A DNA stretch of 47,497 nt from Desulfatiglandales bacterium (GCA_030145585.1 JAQYVK010000066.1:1-47497); one strand, 5' to 3'. Positions 10,662 through 21,274 are shown, counted from the first letter of the stretch. Notes: a model not told the origin generated them from the sequence alone. Program-made: numbers and translations.

Positions 10662-12302
10662 TCAAAAAGGCTGCTTTCCCCGGGCTATGGGATACCGTCG
10701 GCCATACCCGAAGGCCTTGGATGTAATTTTAAGACCGGGAGGGGCTTGACGACGCTTGTATTCGTTAATGACCAGCCTCGATAGGACCTCCTTCACCGTA
10801 TCAGGTTCGTAGCCCAGATTTACGATAGACTCAAAACTGAGATTTTTTATCATGGCAGACTCCAATATTCCATCCAGGATCTCGTAGGGGGGAAGTGTAT
10901 CCTGATCCGTTTGACCCGGTTTGAGTTCCGCCGATGGGGGTCTTGATATGGTCCGCTCAGGAATGATTTCAGTAGGCTGGTTGATATGTTTCGCCAGACG
11001 ATAGCACATGGTTTTAGGAATATCCGATATCACTGCCAAGCCCCCACTCATGTCCCCATAAAGGGTGCAATATCCCATAGCTATTTCCGATTTGTTTCCT
11101 GTCGAGAGAAGGAGGGCTCCGAATTTATTTGAAAGGGCCATTAACAGGTTTCCCCGTATCCGTGCCTGGATATTCTCTTCGGTTTCATCCTCCTTCAACC
11201 CATGGAATACATTTTTAAGGGATTTCTTATAACTTTCATAGACCTGATGGATGGGTATTTCCTCAAACCGGATCCCTAAATTGTTGGCCAGCTTCCCCGC
11301 ATCCTCTTTGCTCATCTCAGACGTAAAAGGGGAGGGCATACTGACACCTGTGACATGGTCTGCCCCCATCGCTCTTTGGGCAATCACCGCCACAAGCGCT
11401 GAATCGATGCCGCCACTGAGCCCTACAAGGACTTTCCTGAATCCGCATTTTAGGCTGTAATCCCTGGTTCCCATGATGAGTCCCTTGAGGACGGATTCCT
11501 CTTCGGACGGCCAGGGATCTCTGATTTCATCGTAGACCTTTTCTGTATCCCAGATAAGCAGGTCTGGGGCAAACTCTTCTCCCATGAGGATCAATTTCCC
11601 ATCCCGATCCACCACCATACTCGCTCCATCAAAAAGCAGGTCGTCATTCCCTCCCACCTGGTTACAATAGATGGTGGGGGTTTTGTGTTTTTTAGCAAGG
11701 GTTTTCAATATCTTCAGTCTCAAAGGTCCTTTGTTGACCGTGTAGGGAGAGGCGGATAGGTTAATTAGGATGTCAACGCCACTTTCATGGAGTTGTTTTA
11801 AGGGGTCTATGTCATAAATGGGCACCCCCTCGTAATCAGCTACATTCCATATATCCTCGCAGATGGTCACGCCCACCTTTTTGTTCTCCAACTCAAAGAC
11901 CAGACTCTCTTGCGCGGGCTCAAAATATCGTTTCTCGTCAAAGACATCATAGGCAGGGAGCAGTTTTTTCCCACCTTTTTTTTGAATTCGACCTTCTTTG
12001 ATGAGGGCGACGCTGTTCAAAAGGGGTTTCCCGGTTTTGCCGGGATTTCTATCCACATAACCACAAAGAAAAGGGATGTCCTTTATCTTTGAGGCCAACC
12101 TGTTCAATTGTTTCAAGTTTTCGTCGATGAAGGCGGGTTTTTCAAGGAGGTCCTTGGGCGGATAGCCCACGAGAGACATCTCCGGAAAGATGGCGAGGGT
12201 GCAACCGGATGTTTTTGCCCGTTCCGTCGCCTTTTTGATCAAGGAGACATTGTGACGGAAATCACCAATGATTGGATTAATCTGGCATATGGCTATTTTC
12301 AT
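10662..12302 (-). CDS. nadE: NAD+ synthase (glutamine-hydrolysing)
   Basis: N-terminal CN-hydrolase domain (FPEMSLVGYPP, ICEDIW) plus C-terminal NAD synthetase (GLSGGIDSALVA, TGNKSE.A.GY.TLYGD). Confidence 0.95.
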   Translation of the reverse strand: MKIAICQINPIIGDFRHNVSLIKKATERAKTSGCTLAIFPEMSLVGYPPKDLLEKPAFIDENLKQLNRLASKIKDIPFLCGYVDRNPGKTGKPLLNSVALIKEGRIQKKGGKKLLPAYDVFDEKRYFEPAQESLVFELENKKVGVTICEDIWNVADYEGVPIYDIDPLKQLHESGVDILINLSASPYTVNKGPLRLKILKTLAKKHKTPTIYCNQVGGNDDLLFDGASMVVDRDGKLILMGEEFAPDLLIWDTEKVYDEIRDPWPSEEESVLKGLIMGTRDYSLKCGFRKVLVGLSGGIDSALVAVIAQRAMGADHVTGVSMPSPFTSEMSKEDAGKLANNLGIRFEEIPIHQVYESYKKSLKNVFHGLKEDETEENIQARIRGNLLMALSNKFGALLLSTGNKSEIAMGYCTLYGDMSGGLAVISDIPKTMCYRLAKHINQPTEIIPERTISRPPSAELKPGQTDQDTLPPYEILDGILESAMIKNLSFESIVNLGYEPDTVKEVLSRLVINEYKRRQAPPGLKITSKAFGYGRRYPIARGKQPF

Positions 12303-12459
12303 GTGGAATGTTCTTGAAATAGGGGTAAAAACTCAAAGAAAAATATTGTATCTGCCAATTAAGAGATGGTTATCTGCGACGTGGCGCAAGGCGGCCGGTT
12401 GTAAAGAATAATCTTCACAACCGGCAGGCGCAAGGCACAGGGTGAAGGATTGAATAGCC

Positions 12460-13707
12460 CTATATGACCTTTGCGGCCTTTTCAATTGCCTTTATGATAA
12501 CTGGAATCTGTTCGTCCATATGGATATTTATTTGAATGGTGATCGCCCGGGATATCAACGCCGCTGTCTTGGGAAGGTTCAGGTCCTTAAAATCACATCT
12601 GGTTTCGCCAGATTCCGCTTTAAAGGGGTAGCCGTTGCGGAGAAGACTCTTTCCCTCGAGCAGGTGTTCCCATTGCTCGTAGTAGTGCCATGGGTTGTCA
12701 TACCAATAGACAGTGCCTGCGCCTTCGTCCGTCATGACTTGGTTAAAGGCGTTTGCCTTTTCGGACGTGGGAAGTAAAAAAATGATGAAGGTGGCGGCAT
12801 CTCCCTCAGGATCCGGTATGTTTCTGAAAGTGACCTGGTCGATCCGGGAAAGGGCCTCTTTTATCCGAGCCTTGTTTTCACGTTGACGGGACAGGATGAC
12901 CTTGTCCAGTTTTCTCAATTGTGCCAACCCCATGGCCCCTTGGAGTTCCATCATACGGTAGTTTACCCCGACAAAGTTTCTCTTTTCGAGCCCCCTCCCT
13001 ACATTCGGATTGTGGTCATGGCCATGGTCATGGAATTCAGAGGCCTTTACATAGAGATCCTGATCATCTGTGAGGATCATGCCGCCTTCACCGGTGGTCA
13101 ACGTCTTGACGGCATCAAAGGAGAAGGTTCCCAGTTGACCGAACGTCCCCAATGATTTTCCCTCTATACTGGCCCCACATGACTGTGCGGTATCCTCGAG
13201 CACCGGAATATTATGCTGTCCGGCCACTTCAAGGATCTCTTGTATCTGAGCCTGGCCTCCGCACATATGTACCGGGACGATGGCTTTGGTTCGCGGGGTA
13301 ATCCTGTTCACAAGGTCGTTGGGATCGAGACAGAGGGTGTCATCTATTTCTGCAAAGACTGGGATGGCACCTGCGTCAAAGATTGACTCCCAGGTGGCTA
13401 CAAAGGTGAAGCCCTGGGTAATGACTTCGTCCCCGGGAGAGATGCCCAGGGCGGCGAGGCCCACTCTCAGGGCTGCCGTGCCGGATGAGACGGCGTGGGC
13501 ATGTTTTGCGCCGCAATATTTCGCAAATTCCCTCTCAAACTCCGCCACTTTATAAACGCCTTCTCGCTCCTTATCGAATTCATAACGCAAAAGAACTTTT
13601 CGTGAGAGGACATCCAGGATCTCTTTCTTCTCTTCATCATCGATGATTTCATAACCAGGCATAGGTCTCTCCTCTATTCTGACCCCGACCACTGGTCGGG
13701 GTTTCAT
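12460..13707 (-). CDS. DegT/DnrJ/EryC1/StrS-family PLP-dependent aminotransferase
   Basis: Family pattern with the PLP-lysine region FSFDAVKTLTTGEGGM and NYRMMELQGAMGLAQLRKLD. ATG 13707 overlaps the upstream ADH TGA (TGATG); an alternative start is at 13662. Confidence 0.85.
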   Translation of the reverse strand: MKPRPVVGVRIEERPMPGYEIIDDEEKKEILDVLSRKVLLRYEFDKEREGVYKVAEFEREFAKYCGAKHAHAVSSGTAALRVGLAALGISPGDEVITQGFTFVATWESIFDAGAIPVFAEIDDTLCLDPNDLVNRITPRTKAIVPVHMCGGQAQIQEILEVAGQHNIPVLEDTAQSCGASIEGKSLGTFGQLGTFSFDAVKTLTTGEGGMILTDDQDLYVKASEFHDHGHDHNPNVGRGLEKRNFVGVNYRMMELQGAMGLAQLRKLDKVILSRQRENKARIKEALSRIDQVTFRNIPDPEGDAATFIIFLLPTSEKANAFNQVMTDEGAGTVYWYDNPWHYYEQWEHLLEGKSLLRNGYPFKAESGETRCDFKDLNLPKTAALISRAITIQINIHMDEQIPVIIKAIEKAAKVI

Positions 13708-14882
13708 CACACAGATCGGTTTCCATGAAATGCGTTTCTGTAAATATCTTCTGCGACCTTTACGGACATGGTTCTCGGGTTGTTCAGGATGGGTCTTTCC
13801 ACTTTCATGGCCGCCGCAGACATCTCCGGTATGGCCTCTTCCGGGACGTTCAGCTCCTTTAAGGTCCGGGGGATTCCTATGTCGCTTCCAAGCTCAAAGA
13901 CGGCCTTTGCAGCCTGAGCGGCCAGAGCCCTGTCCGGGTAATCATTTTCATCATCTCCCATAGCAAAGGCGATCCGAGAAAATTTATCAATATTCCCCGG
14001 GTAATTGTACTCCAGCACGTAGGGGAGCATGACCGCGTTCGCCATGCCATGGGGTATCCCGAAATTCGCTCCCAGGGGATAGGCCAGGGCGTGAACCGCG
14101 CCCACGCCGGACATGGCAAGTCCCAGGCCGGCCATGTAACTGCCCTGCATCATTTTTTCCCTATTTTGGTAGTTCTTGCCGTTAAAGACCGCGCCCCTCA
14201 GGCTGTCGGAAATGATCTCTATGGCATTCAGCGAGATGGTTTCACTCATGAAATGCGCCTGCAGGGACGTAAATGATTCAATGGCATGGGTCAAAGCGTC
14301 CATACCCGTGGTGGCGGTTATCTCGGGGGGAAGTCCCAGGGTCAGTTCCGGGTCCAAAATGGCTGTATGGGGGTAGAGGAAAGGGCTGTTTATGCCACCT
14401 TTTGTTTTTGATTCCCACATGGTGAAAACGGCCGTGAAGGTCACCTCACTCCCAGTCCCCGCCGTGGTCGGCACCATAATCGTAGGTATGCCCGGTTTAT
14501 TTACCAAACCGAGGCCAATATAATCGACCGCCTTCCCTTCGTTCTTAACCAGCACCCCGATGGCCTTGGCAACATCCATCGTGCTCCCCCCCCCAACGCC
14601 GATGATGCAGCCCACCTTCTCTTTCCTTGCCAGCGCAGCGCCTTCGTCCGCCAGGGAGGGGGCCGGTTCCGGGGTGACCTCGGGATACAGAATGGCCTTT
14701 ACGCGACTCTTTTGAAGCGTTTCTTGCACCCTTGTACAGATGTCCATTTTGGAAAGGTCCCGATCCATAACGAGCAGGGCTCTGGATGCTTTAAGGGCCT
14801 TGCAGGCTTCTCCAACTTCCTGAAGGGCGCCAGCCCCAAAAATGGTCTTTTTTACCCCTTCCATAGTAAATAAAGGATTCAT
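13707..14882 (-). CDS. iron-containing (group III) alcohol dehydrogenase
   Basis: GVGGGSTMDVAKA, the PTTAGTGSE nucleotide loop, and metal-binding His region HA.AY.LG....PHG.ANA. ATG 14882 is preferred (GGAG 6 nt upstream) over 14894. Confidence 0.9.
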   Translation of the reverse strand: MNPLFTMEGVKKTIFGAGALQEVGEACKALKASRALLVMDRDLSKMDICTRVQETLQKSRVKAILYPEVTPEPAPSLADEGAALARKEKVGCIIGVGGGSTMDVAKAIGVLVKNEGKAVDYIGLGLVNKPGIPTIMVPTTAGTGSEVTFTAVFTMWESKTKGGINSPFLYPHTAILDPELTLGLPPEITATTGMDALTHAIESFTSLQAHFMSETISLNAIEIISDSLRGAVFNGKNYQNREKMMQGSYMAGLGLAMSGVGAVHALAYPLGANFGIPHGMANAVMLPYVLEYNYPGNIDKFSRIAFAMGDDENDYPDRALAAQAAKAVFELGSDIGIPRTLKELNVPEEAIPEMSAAAMKVERPILNNPRTMSVKVAEDIYRNAFHGNRSV

Positions 14883-14959
14883 AAGCGACTCCATAGATTT
14901 GAATGATGAATGAAATGATTAACTCAAGATAAGGAATATATCAAGCAATAAAAAAGGAA

Positions 14960-15231
14960 GGATTCAAGATGCCGCGCCCGCTAAGAAAAAGGCGGGCGGG
15001 GGTTCGAGTGAACTGAAAAGGACATGCAATGACTTTTTAATCAGAAATCCATTTTTCGTGCTCACAAGACAAAAAACATATTGAATACGTTATCCTTTCA
15101 AGAATAAAGGAGAAGATTCAACGCGTTGAAAAGGTACCTGAGGCAATGATTAAAGTGTTAGAAAACAAACCCTTGACCCCTTGAATCCCCGAATCTATGC
15201 CCGCCGTCTTTGTGGCGGTCCGAACCCTTTT
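14960..15231. repeat. family-A repeat pair in inverted orientation enclosing about 155 bp of unique DNA; MITE-like
   Basis: Left unit 14960-15013: GGATTCAAGATGCCGCGCCCGCTAAGAAAAAGGCGGGCGGGGGTTCGAGTGAAC. Right unit 15167-15231 carries the reverse-complement arrangement (CCCTTGACCCCTTGAATCC..GCCCGCCGTCTTTGTGGCGG..). Confidence 0.7.
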
Positions 15232-15317
15232 CCTACACTAATTGTTCGAAGATCCACAACTCGACGCTTGCAAGATTCAGGAATTTGTATGGGTATCCCA
15301 GGAATATCACAGGAAAG

Positions 15318-15344
15318 TTGATATTTGGAATGATTTGTTATAAT
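15318..15344 (+). promoter_or_regulatory. sigma70-type promoter candidate upstream of ftsH (TTGATA-15-TGtTATAAT)
   Basis: TTGATA 15318-15323 and extended -10 TGTTATAAT 15336-15344. The spacer is short at 15 nt, and the 5' UTR would be about 170 nt. Confidence 0.35.
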
Positions 15345-15515
15345 TAAGTATTGTTGAAACCAGTTCGATTGGTGGAAAGATGTTTCTCAGGGAAACTTTG
15401 AAAAAAATTCAATAAAACATAGAATTTTGTTAAAATGTATTTATATTATGAAGACATTTCACTCATTTCTGGATAGATAATCTTTTAATTCATCACAATT
15501 TTGGAGGTCTTACTA

Positions 15516-17336
15516 TTGAATCCTTTCTATAAAAACCTTGCACTCTGGTTGGTTATAAGCCTCATGATGGTCATGTTGTTTCAAATCTTTAAACAGCCTG
15601 AGAGGGGTAGGGCACCGATCGGGTATAGCGATTTTCTTGGTATGGTTGAGAGCGGCAACGTCATACAGGTCACCATTCAGGGAGACAATATCTCCGGTAC
15701 GTCCTCCTCGGGCCCTTTTAAGACATACGCCCCCGAAGATCCTGAATTGATCAAATTGTTGAGGAGCAAAGGGGTCAAAATTACGGCCAAACCTGCGGAG
15801 GATTCCCCCTGGTTTCAGGTGCTTTTGTCTTGGGTGCCCATGCTCTTGCTCATCGGTGTCTGGATATTTTTTATGCGTCAAATGCAAGTTGGAGGTGGCA
15901 AAGCCCTCTCTTTTGGAAAAAGCAAGGCAAGGCTCATGAATGAGTCGCAGGAGAAAGTCACCTTCGAAGACGTGGCAGGCATTGACGAGGCCAAGGAGGA
16001 ACTGCAGGAAATTATAGAATTTCTCCGTGATCCGAAAAAATTCACGCGATTGGGCGGGAGGATACCCAAAGGCGTTCTACTGATGGGTGCTCCGGGGACA
16101 GGCAAAACGCTCCTGGCTCGGGCCATCGCAGGGGAAGCGGGTGTCCCGTTTTTTAGCATAAGCGGATCGGATTTTGTTGAGATGTTCGTGGGCGTGGGCG
16201 CCTCGAGGGTGCGTGATCTTTTTACTCAAGGAAAGAAGAATGCTCCTTGCATCATATTTATTGATGAAATAGATGCCGTTGGTCGCCACAGGGGGGCCGG
16301 TTTGGGGGGTGGGCATGATGAAAGGGAACAGACCCTCAATCAATTGTTAGTAGAAATGGACGGCTTTGAGTCCAACGAGGGCGTCATCCTGATTTCAGCC
16401 ACAAACAGACCCGATGTTTTGGATCCGGCCCTGTTAAGACCCGGGCGGTTTGACAGGCAGGTGGTTGTCCCGGTTCCCGATATTAAAGGGAGAGAGGGCA
16501 TTCTAAAAGTCCATGTGAAAAAAACGGTGTTGGCAGACGACGCGGAACTCTCAACGCTCGCACGAGGAACCCCCGGGTTTACGGGAGCGGATCTGGAAAA
16601 CATGGTGAATGAGGCCGCACTCATGGCTGCCAGACGGGGCAAAGATAAGGTAGAGATGGTCGATTTAGAAGATGCCAAAGACAGGGTGATGATGGGCACC
16701 GAAAGGAAAAGCATGATCATCAGTGATAATGAAAAAAAGACAACCGCCTACCATGAAGCAGGCCACGCCCTCGTAGCCAAACTGACCCCCGATGCGGACC
16801 CCATCCATAAGGTCACGATTATCCCACGGGGACGGGCACTCGGACTGACCCAGCAGCTGCCCATCGACGAAAAGCATACTTACCCAAAAGACTATCTGTT
16901 GACTAATATCCGTATACTCATGGGTGGAAGGATTGCAGAAGAATTGGTCTTGAAAATCCAGACGACCGGGGCGGGGAACGATATTGAGAGGGCGTCTGAC
17001 ATGGCCCGGAAAATGGTCTGTGAATATGGGATGAGTGAAAATCTCGGCCCACTGACCTTCGGAAAAAAGGACGAACAGATATTCCTGGGCAGGGAAATTT
17101 CCCAGCACCGGGATTATAGTGAACTGACCGCTCAGAAGATCGATGAAGAGGTCCGAAATATCGTTACCGGTGCCTATGATATCACAACTCAGCTCATAAA
17201 GGACAACCTGGACACCCTTCACAGGATGGCCAAAGCTCTCTTGGAGAAAGAGACCCTCAACAGCAAGGACATCGATGCCATCATGAAAGATGATGGAGCG
17301 CAGGAAAAGGAGGAGTCGGGAGCCGAAGAATCTTGA
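15516..17336 (+). CDS. ftsH: ATP-dependent zinc metalloprotease FtsH
   Basis: Walker [17 protein letters not shown] region, HEAGH zinc site. Start placed at TTG 15516 ([14 protein letters not shown], the usual FtsH N-terminus), 8 nt after GGAGG. Confidence 0.95.
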   Translation: MNPFYKNLALWLVISLMMVMLFQIFKQPERGRAPIGYSDFLGMVESGNVIQVTIQGDNISGTSSSGPFKTYAPEDPELIKLLRSKGVKITAKPAEDSPWFQVLLSWVPMLLLIGVWIFFMRQMQVGGGKALSFGKSKARLMNESQEKVTFEDVAGIDEAKEELQEIIEFLRDPKKFTRLGGRIPKGVLLMGAPGTGKTLLARAIAGEAGVPFFSISGSDFVEMFVGVGASRVRDLFTQGKKNAPCIIFIDEIDAVGRHRGAGLGGGHDEREQTLNQLLVEMDGFESNEGVILISATNRPDVLDPALLRPGRFDRQVVVPVPDIKGREGILKVHVKKTVLADDAELSTLARGTPGFTGADLENMVNEAALMAARRGKDKVEMVDLEDAKDRVMMGTERKSMIISDNEKKTTAYHEAGHALVAKLTPDADPIHKVTIIPRGRALGLTQQLPIDEKHTYPKDYLLTNIRILMGGRIAEELVLKIQTTGAGNDIERASDMARKMVCEYGMSENLGPLTFGKKDEQIFLGREISQHRDYSELTAQKIDEEVRNIVTGAYDITTQLIKDNLDTLHRMAKALLEKETLNSKDIDAIMKDDGAQEKEESGAEES

Positions 17337-18223
17337 AAAAACCGGGGAAGAAACCGTTTTCTTTAAGATGTTCCGACTTCACGTTACATCTCCACGAGAA
17401 AACACACATCATGGGGATCCTGAATATAACCCCGGATTCTTTTGCGGATGGTGGCCAATATTTCCAACGGGATCAAGCCATAGAGCATGGACTGACCATG
17501 GCCGAGGATGGGGCGGACATTATCGATGTAGGGGGTGAATCGACCCGCCCTTACGCAGAGCCAGTATCTCTCCATGAAGAGCTAGATCGGGTTATCCCTG
17601 TTATTCAAGGGTTGAACAAAGAGCTCAAGATCCCCATCAGCATAGATACCCTCAAGGCGGAAGTCGCCCAGGAGGCCGTAGCAGCTGGGGCTTCGATCAT
17701 CAATGACATCAGCGCCCTCCGTTCTGATTCCCGAATGGTTTCGGTGGCGGCTGAGGCGGGGGTGCCTATTGTCCTCATGCACATGAAGGGGACACCATCC
17801 GACATGCAGGATAACCCCGTCTATGATCATTTAATCCGAGAAATTATGGGCTTTCTAAAAAGTGCCGCTGATCGTGCTGTCGAGGGGGGTATAGATAAAG
17901 CATCTATTATTCTTGACCCAGGGATCGGATTCGGCAAGTCCTATGAGCACAATCTTGAGATCATCAGGGAGCTACATCAATTCCAAACAATGGGCATGCC
18001 AGTTATGTTGGGGACCTCAAGAAAGGCTTTTCTGGGGCACCTTCTGGGTAACGAAGCCCATGAGAGGGATACAGGGACAATGGCTACCATCGCGGCAGGG
18101 GTGATGAATGGTGCCCATATCGTTCGGGTTCATAACGTTAAAAGGACCTTAGAGACGGTCAAGGTCATCGATGCGATCATGAGGGGGAACGCCTCTGATC
18201 ATCAAGATGAGAAAGAGGATTGA
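17333..18223 (+). CDS. folP: dihydropteroate synthase
   Basis: [42 protein letters not shown]. The only in-frame start a suitable distance upstream is TTG 17333, overlapping the ftsH TGA; the alternative is ATG 17411. Confidence 0.9.
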   Translation: MKKPGKKPFSLRCSDFTLHLHEKTHIMGILNITPDSFADGGQYFQRDQAIEHGLTMAEDGADIIDVGGESTRPYAEPVSLHEELDRVIPVIQGLNKELKIPISIDTLKAEVAQEAVAAGASIINDISALRSDSRMVSVAAEAGVPIVLMHMKGTPSDMQDNPVYDHLIREIMGFLKSAADRAVEGGIDKASIILDPGIGFGKSYEHNLEIIRELHQFQTMGMPVMLGTSRKAFLGHLLGNEAHERDTGTMATIAAGVMNGAHIVRVHNVKRTLETVKVIDAIMRGNASDHQDEKED

Positions 18224-18232
18224 TTCGACAAG

Positions 18233-19000
18233 ATGTTACTCTGCATTGATATAGGGAATACCAACATTGTTCTGGGAGTGACCGACCGGGACCGGATTGT
18301 TGATCACTGGAGAATCAGGACTGAAAAAGAAGCGACGGCCGATGAGCTGGGCATCCTTATCGGCAACCTTTTCAACCTGTCCGATATCCGAATGAAGGAT
18401 ATCAGTGATGTCATCATTTCTTGTGTGGTTCCACCCCTGCTCAATTCAATCGAAGAGGTCTCCGGCCGTTATTTCAACGTCAAGCCGCTGATCGTAGGCC
18501 CCGGCCTGAAGACAGGCATGCCGATAGAATATCCAAATCCCAAAGAAGTGGGTGCGGACAGGATTGTCAATGCCGTCGCAGCCTATGAAAAGTACCATAC
18601 GGGGCTGGTCATTGTTGATTTTGGGACGGCAACTACCTTTGATTGTGTCTCACATGAGGGGGCCTATTTAGGAGGTGCCATTGCCCCCGGGGTGATCATC
18701 TCCTGTGAGGCACTTTTTCAAACGGCCTCAAAACTCCCAAGGGTGGAGATCTTCACCAAACCTGAAAGTGTCATCGCCAAAGATACCATCAGCAGCATGA
18801 GAGTCGGCATCATCTACGGATATGCAGGCTTGGTTGATGGCATAACAAACCGAATCAAAAAAGAAGCAGGGCGTGACTTGACTGTCATTGCCACCGGAGG
18901 CCTTGCACCCCTCATATCTGAGGAGGCTGAGACCATCGAACATGTTGAAGAATTCTTGACCCTCGAAGGCTTGATGATCATTTTCAATCGGAACAAATAG
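18233..19000 (+). CDS. coaX: type III pantothenate kinase
   Basis: [37 protein letters not shown]: the CoaX/Bvg accessory factor family pattern. Confidence 0.9.
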   Translation: MLLCIDIGNTNIVLGVTDRDRIVDHWRIRTEKEATADELGILIGNLFNLSDIRMKDISDVIISCVVPPLLNSIEEVSGRYFNVKPLIVGPGLKTGMPIEYPNPKEVGADRIVNAVAAYEKYHTGLVIVDFGTATTFDCVSHEGAYLGGAIAPGVIISCEALFQTASKLPRVEIFTKPESVIAKDTISSMRVGIIYGYAGLVDGITNRIKKEAGRDLTVIATGGLAPLISEEAETIEHVEEFLTLEGLMIIFNRNK

Positions 19001-19009
19001 GAATATCCC

Positions 19010-19915
19010 TTGAATCCAGTCAAACCCAGACAGCTCAAACAGGGTGAGAAAATCGGTGTCATTGCCCCTGCAGGTCCCGTCCTAGAAACTGAACTTCAAG
19101 CGGGTATAGAACTTCTGGAGGAGTTCGGTCATAAGGTCAAACTGGCGCCTCATCTCTATGATAAACAGGATTATCTGGCAGGGGACGATGAGGCCCGTCT
19201 CGAAGACTTCCATGCCATGTTCACAGATAACAGGGTGAGGGCCATATTTTGTGCCAGGGGCGGATACGGCACCCTCCGAATTCTGGATAAGATCGATTAC
19301 AAAATCCTTCGCGAAAACCCGAAGATACTCGTTGGATATAGTGATATTACAGCCCTTTTGCTGGCCATATATAAAAAGACCGGTCTGGTGACATTCCATG
19401 GCCCTGTCATTAAAGAACTCACAAAGAGAACAATTGGGAATCTGGAATCTTTTTTAAACCAGGTCTCGTCTAACGGGTTATTTGAATTGGAACTGGCGGG
19501 GGGAAGGTGCCTCAGACCGGGCCGAGCCACAGGGGTTCTCTTAGGCGGCAATTTGAGCCTCATCTGCCATTTAATTGGATCCCCTTTCATGCCTTCATTA
19601 AAGGGTGCACTTCTCTTCATAGAGGAGAAAGGGGAGGACCTTTACCGGATTGATCGGATGTTGACCCATCTTAGGCTCAGCGGGGTTTTAGAGGAATTGG
19701 AGGGGTTGGTTGCGGGCTCTTTTCAAGATTGCGGGGACCGCGCATCCATAGACCGGTTGTTACTGGATACGGTTTCCGGATTAAATATCCCGTTGGTCAC
19801 GGGGCTCCCTGTGGGCCATGGTCTCATCAATGTTTCCCTTCCCATTGGCCTCCAAGCGGCCATCGATGCGGACAAAATGACCTTGCAAATTCTGGAACCA
19901 TGTGTCACCTCATAA
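19010..19915 (+). CDS. ldcA: LD-carboxypeptidase (peptidase S66, muramoyltetrapeptide carboxypeptidase-like)
   Basis: IGVIAPAG, ARGGYG, the GYSDITALL nucleophile motif, and a C-terminal GHG. TTG start 9 nt after coaX. Confidence 0.8.
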   Translation: MNPVKPRQLKQGEKIGVIAPAGPVLETELQAGIELLEEFGHKVKLAPHLYDKQDYLAGDDEARLEDFHAMFTDNRVRAIFCARGGYGTLRILDKIDYKILRENPKILVGYSDITALLLAIYKKTGLVTFHGPVIKELTKRTIGNLESFLNQVSSNGLFELELAGGRCLRPGRATGVLLGGNLSLICHLIGSPFMPSLKGALLFIEEKGEDLYRIDRMLTHLRLSGVLEELEGLVAGSFQDCGDRASIDRLLLDTVSGLNIPLVTGLPVGHGLINVSLPIGLQAAIDADKMTLQILEPCVTS

Positions 19916-20017
19916 ATCATCCCCACAAAAACATCCATTAGAATAAAGGAAAGCGCTATTCCACTTACTGCAGCCTCTTCCTATCTATCTTGAGACAGGG
20001 TCGTAATGCACAAAACC

Positions 20018-20137
20018 CGTCATTCCGGACGAGCGACGCGCAGCATAGCGAGATCCGGAATCCAGGGAAATGGTAACATCTCGGGACTTCTGGATCCCGG
20101 CTCGCGCCCCGTTTCACGGGGCTTGGCCGGGATGACG
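20018..20137. repeat. 120-bp nested palindromic element (CGTCATTCCGG ... CCGGAATCCAG ... CTGGATCCCGG ... CCGGGATGACG)
   Basis: Outer arms are at 20018-20028 / 20127-20137 and inner arms at about 20055-20065 / 20091-20101. The 73-aa track ORF 20006..20227 is a translation of this element. Confidence 0.65.
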
Positions 20138-20482
20138 AATTGTGAAAAAGGCTCCTCAGTCAAGATTCTCATCTCATCACCAGTTTTCCTTTACCTACCA
20201 CAATGTTTATCACTCATGGCCAAATAACATCAGTCTTTATTAAGAAGTACGAATTGGCTAAAAAAGTTTTAGACTTGCCAAAGTTTGATAAATATGATAA
20301 AACATTACAGAATATGGAGCTTCAAGAAGCCTTTTAGGCTCCCTTACTCTTAAAGGATCAGAATTATATCCAATTTGAATATTTTTCCATGAAATAAAAT
20401 CAAATTTGATAGCGATCGATTTGAAAAGAGGCCGGATTTCCTTTTCCTATGAACACTTATTTTATTTTTTGAGCTGAAGTTG

Positions 20483-21274
20483 ATGAATGAATCTCCCCTG
20501 GAATTGATTAGAAGACTGGGTGCCTCCTTCCTGTTTGTTGCCGACAGGGTAGGCATGATGGGCATTTTCCTTGCCAAGGCATTTCTGTATTGTTTCATTC
20601 CCCCCTTGAAGGTTTCCCTCATTCTGAAACGAATCCGTTTTATCGGATTGCAATCAACCCTTCTTATTATTCTGACGGGGGCTTTTACCGGGATGGTATT
20701 AGGCCTCCAAGGATTCTATACCCTGAATCGTGTCGGTTCCACCGCATTCCTAGGACCGGCCGTGGCCCTTTCCATTATCAAAGAGATGGGCCCGGTCATT
20801 ACCGGCTTCATGGTAACGGGGCGGGCAGGATCAGCCATTGCGGCCGAAATCGGTATCATGCGAATCAGTGAACAGATTGATGCCATAGAATTGATGGGAC
20901 TTCAGCCTTTTCGTTACCTCGTGGTTCCCAATCTGTTGGCAGGAATCATTGCTCTACCGCTTCTTACCGCCATGTTCGATGTTGTGGGGATTTTCGGGGG
21001 ATACCTCGTGGGCGTAAAGCTCCTGGGGGTGTCGGGGGGCATCTATTTCGGTGAAATGGCCGCTTCCGTGACTATGGATCATGTCTTGGAAGGCCTATAC
21101 AAGTCTCTCAGCTTCGGAGTGATCATCACCTGGGTCGGTTGTTATAAAGGATACAATACCGGAACGATAGGATGGGGTGCGGAAGGGGTCAGCAAGGCAA
21201 CCACCCAGTCGGTGGTCCTCTCTTCGGTGATGATTCTCGTCTGGGATTATTTCATGACCTCTATCCTTTTTTGA
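20483..21274 (+). CDS. mlaE: MlaE-family ABC transporter permease (lipid asymmetry maintenance)
   Basis: Multi-TM protein with the MlaE pattern LGPAVALSIIKEMGPVITGFMVTGRAGSAIAAEIG.MRISEQIDA.E.MG. Confidence 0.9.
   Translation: MNESPLELIRRLGASFLFVADRVGMMGIFLAKAFLYCFIPPLKVSLILKRIRFIGLQSTLLIILTGAFTGMVLGLQGFYTLNRVGSTAFLGPAVALSIIKEMGPVITGFMVTGRAGSAIAAEIGIMRISEQIDAIELMGLQPFRYLVVPNLLAGIIALPLLTAMFDVVGIFGGYLVGVKLLGVSGGIYFGEMAASVTMDHVLEGLYKSLSFGVIITWVGCYKGYNTGTIGWGAEGVSKATTQSVVLSSVMILVWDYFMTSILF

Noticed and set aside
12394-12425. Stem-loop GCCGGTTGT-N14-ACAACCGGC flanked by GGCGCAAGG direct repeats, considered as the DegT terminator.
   Set aside because: No U-run follows on the minus strand. It fits better as another family-A-like hairpin unit (GGATTGAA follows at 12446).
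15001-15013. tRNA T-arm-like strings in family-A repeats (GGTTCGAGTG here; GGGTTCAAGTGTCCCC at 32655-32670).
   Set aside because: There is no acceptor stem, D-arm or anticodon arm around any of them, so no tRNA gene or clear tRNA fragment can be built. Nor is there an integrase that would make them att sites.
20006-20227. 73-aa ORF (MHKTRHSGRATRSIARSGIQG...).
   Set aside because: It is the translation of the CGTCATTCCGG...CCGGGATGACG palindromic element. Its Arg/Ser/Gly-rich composition is typical of translated repeats.
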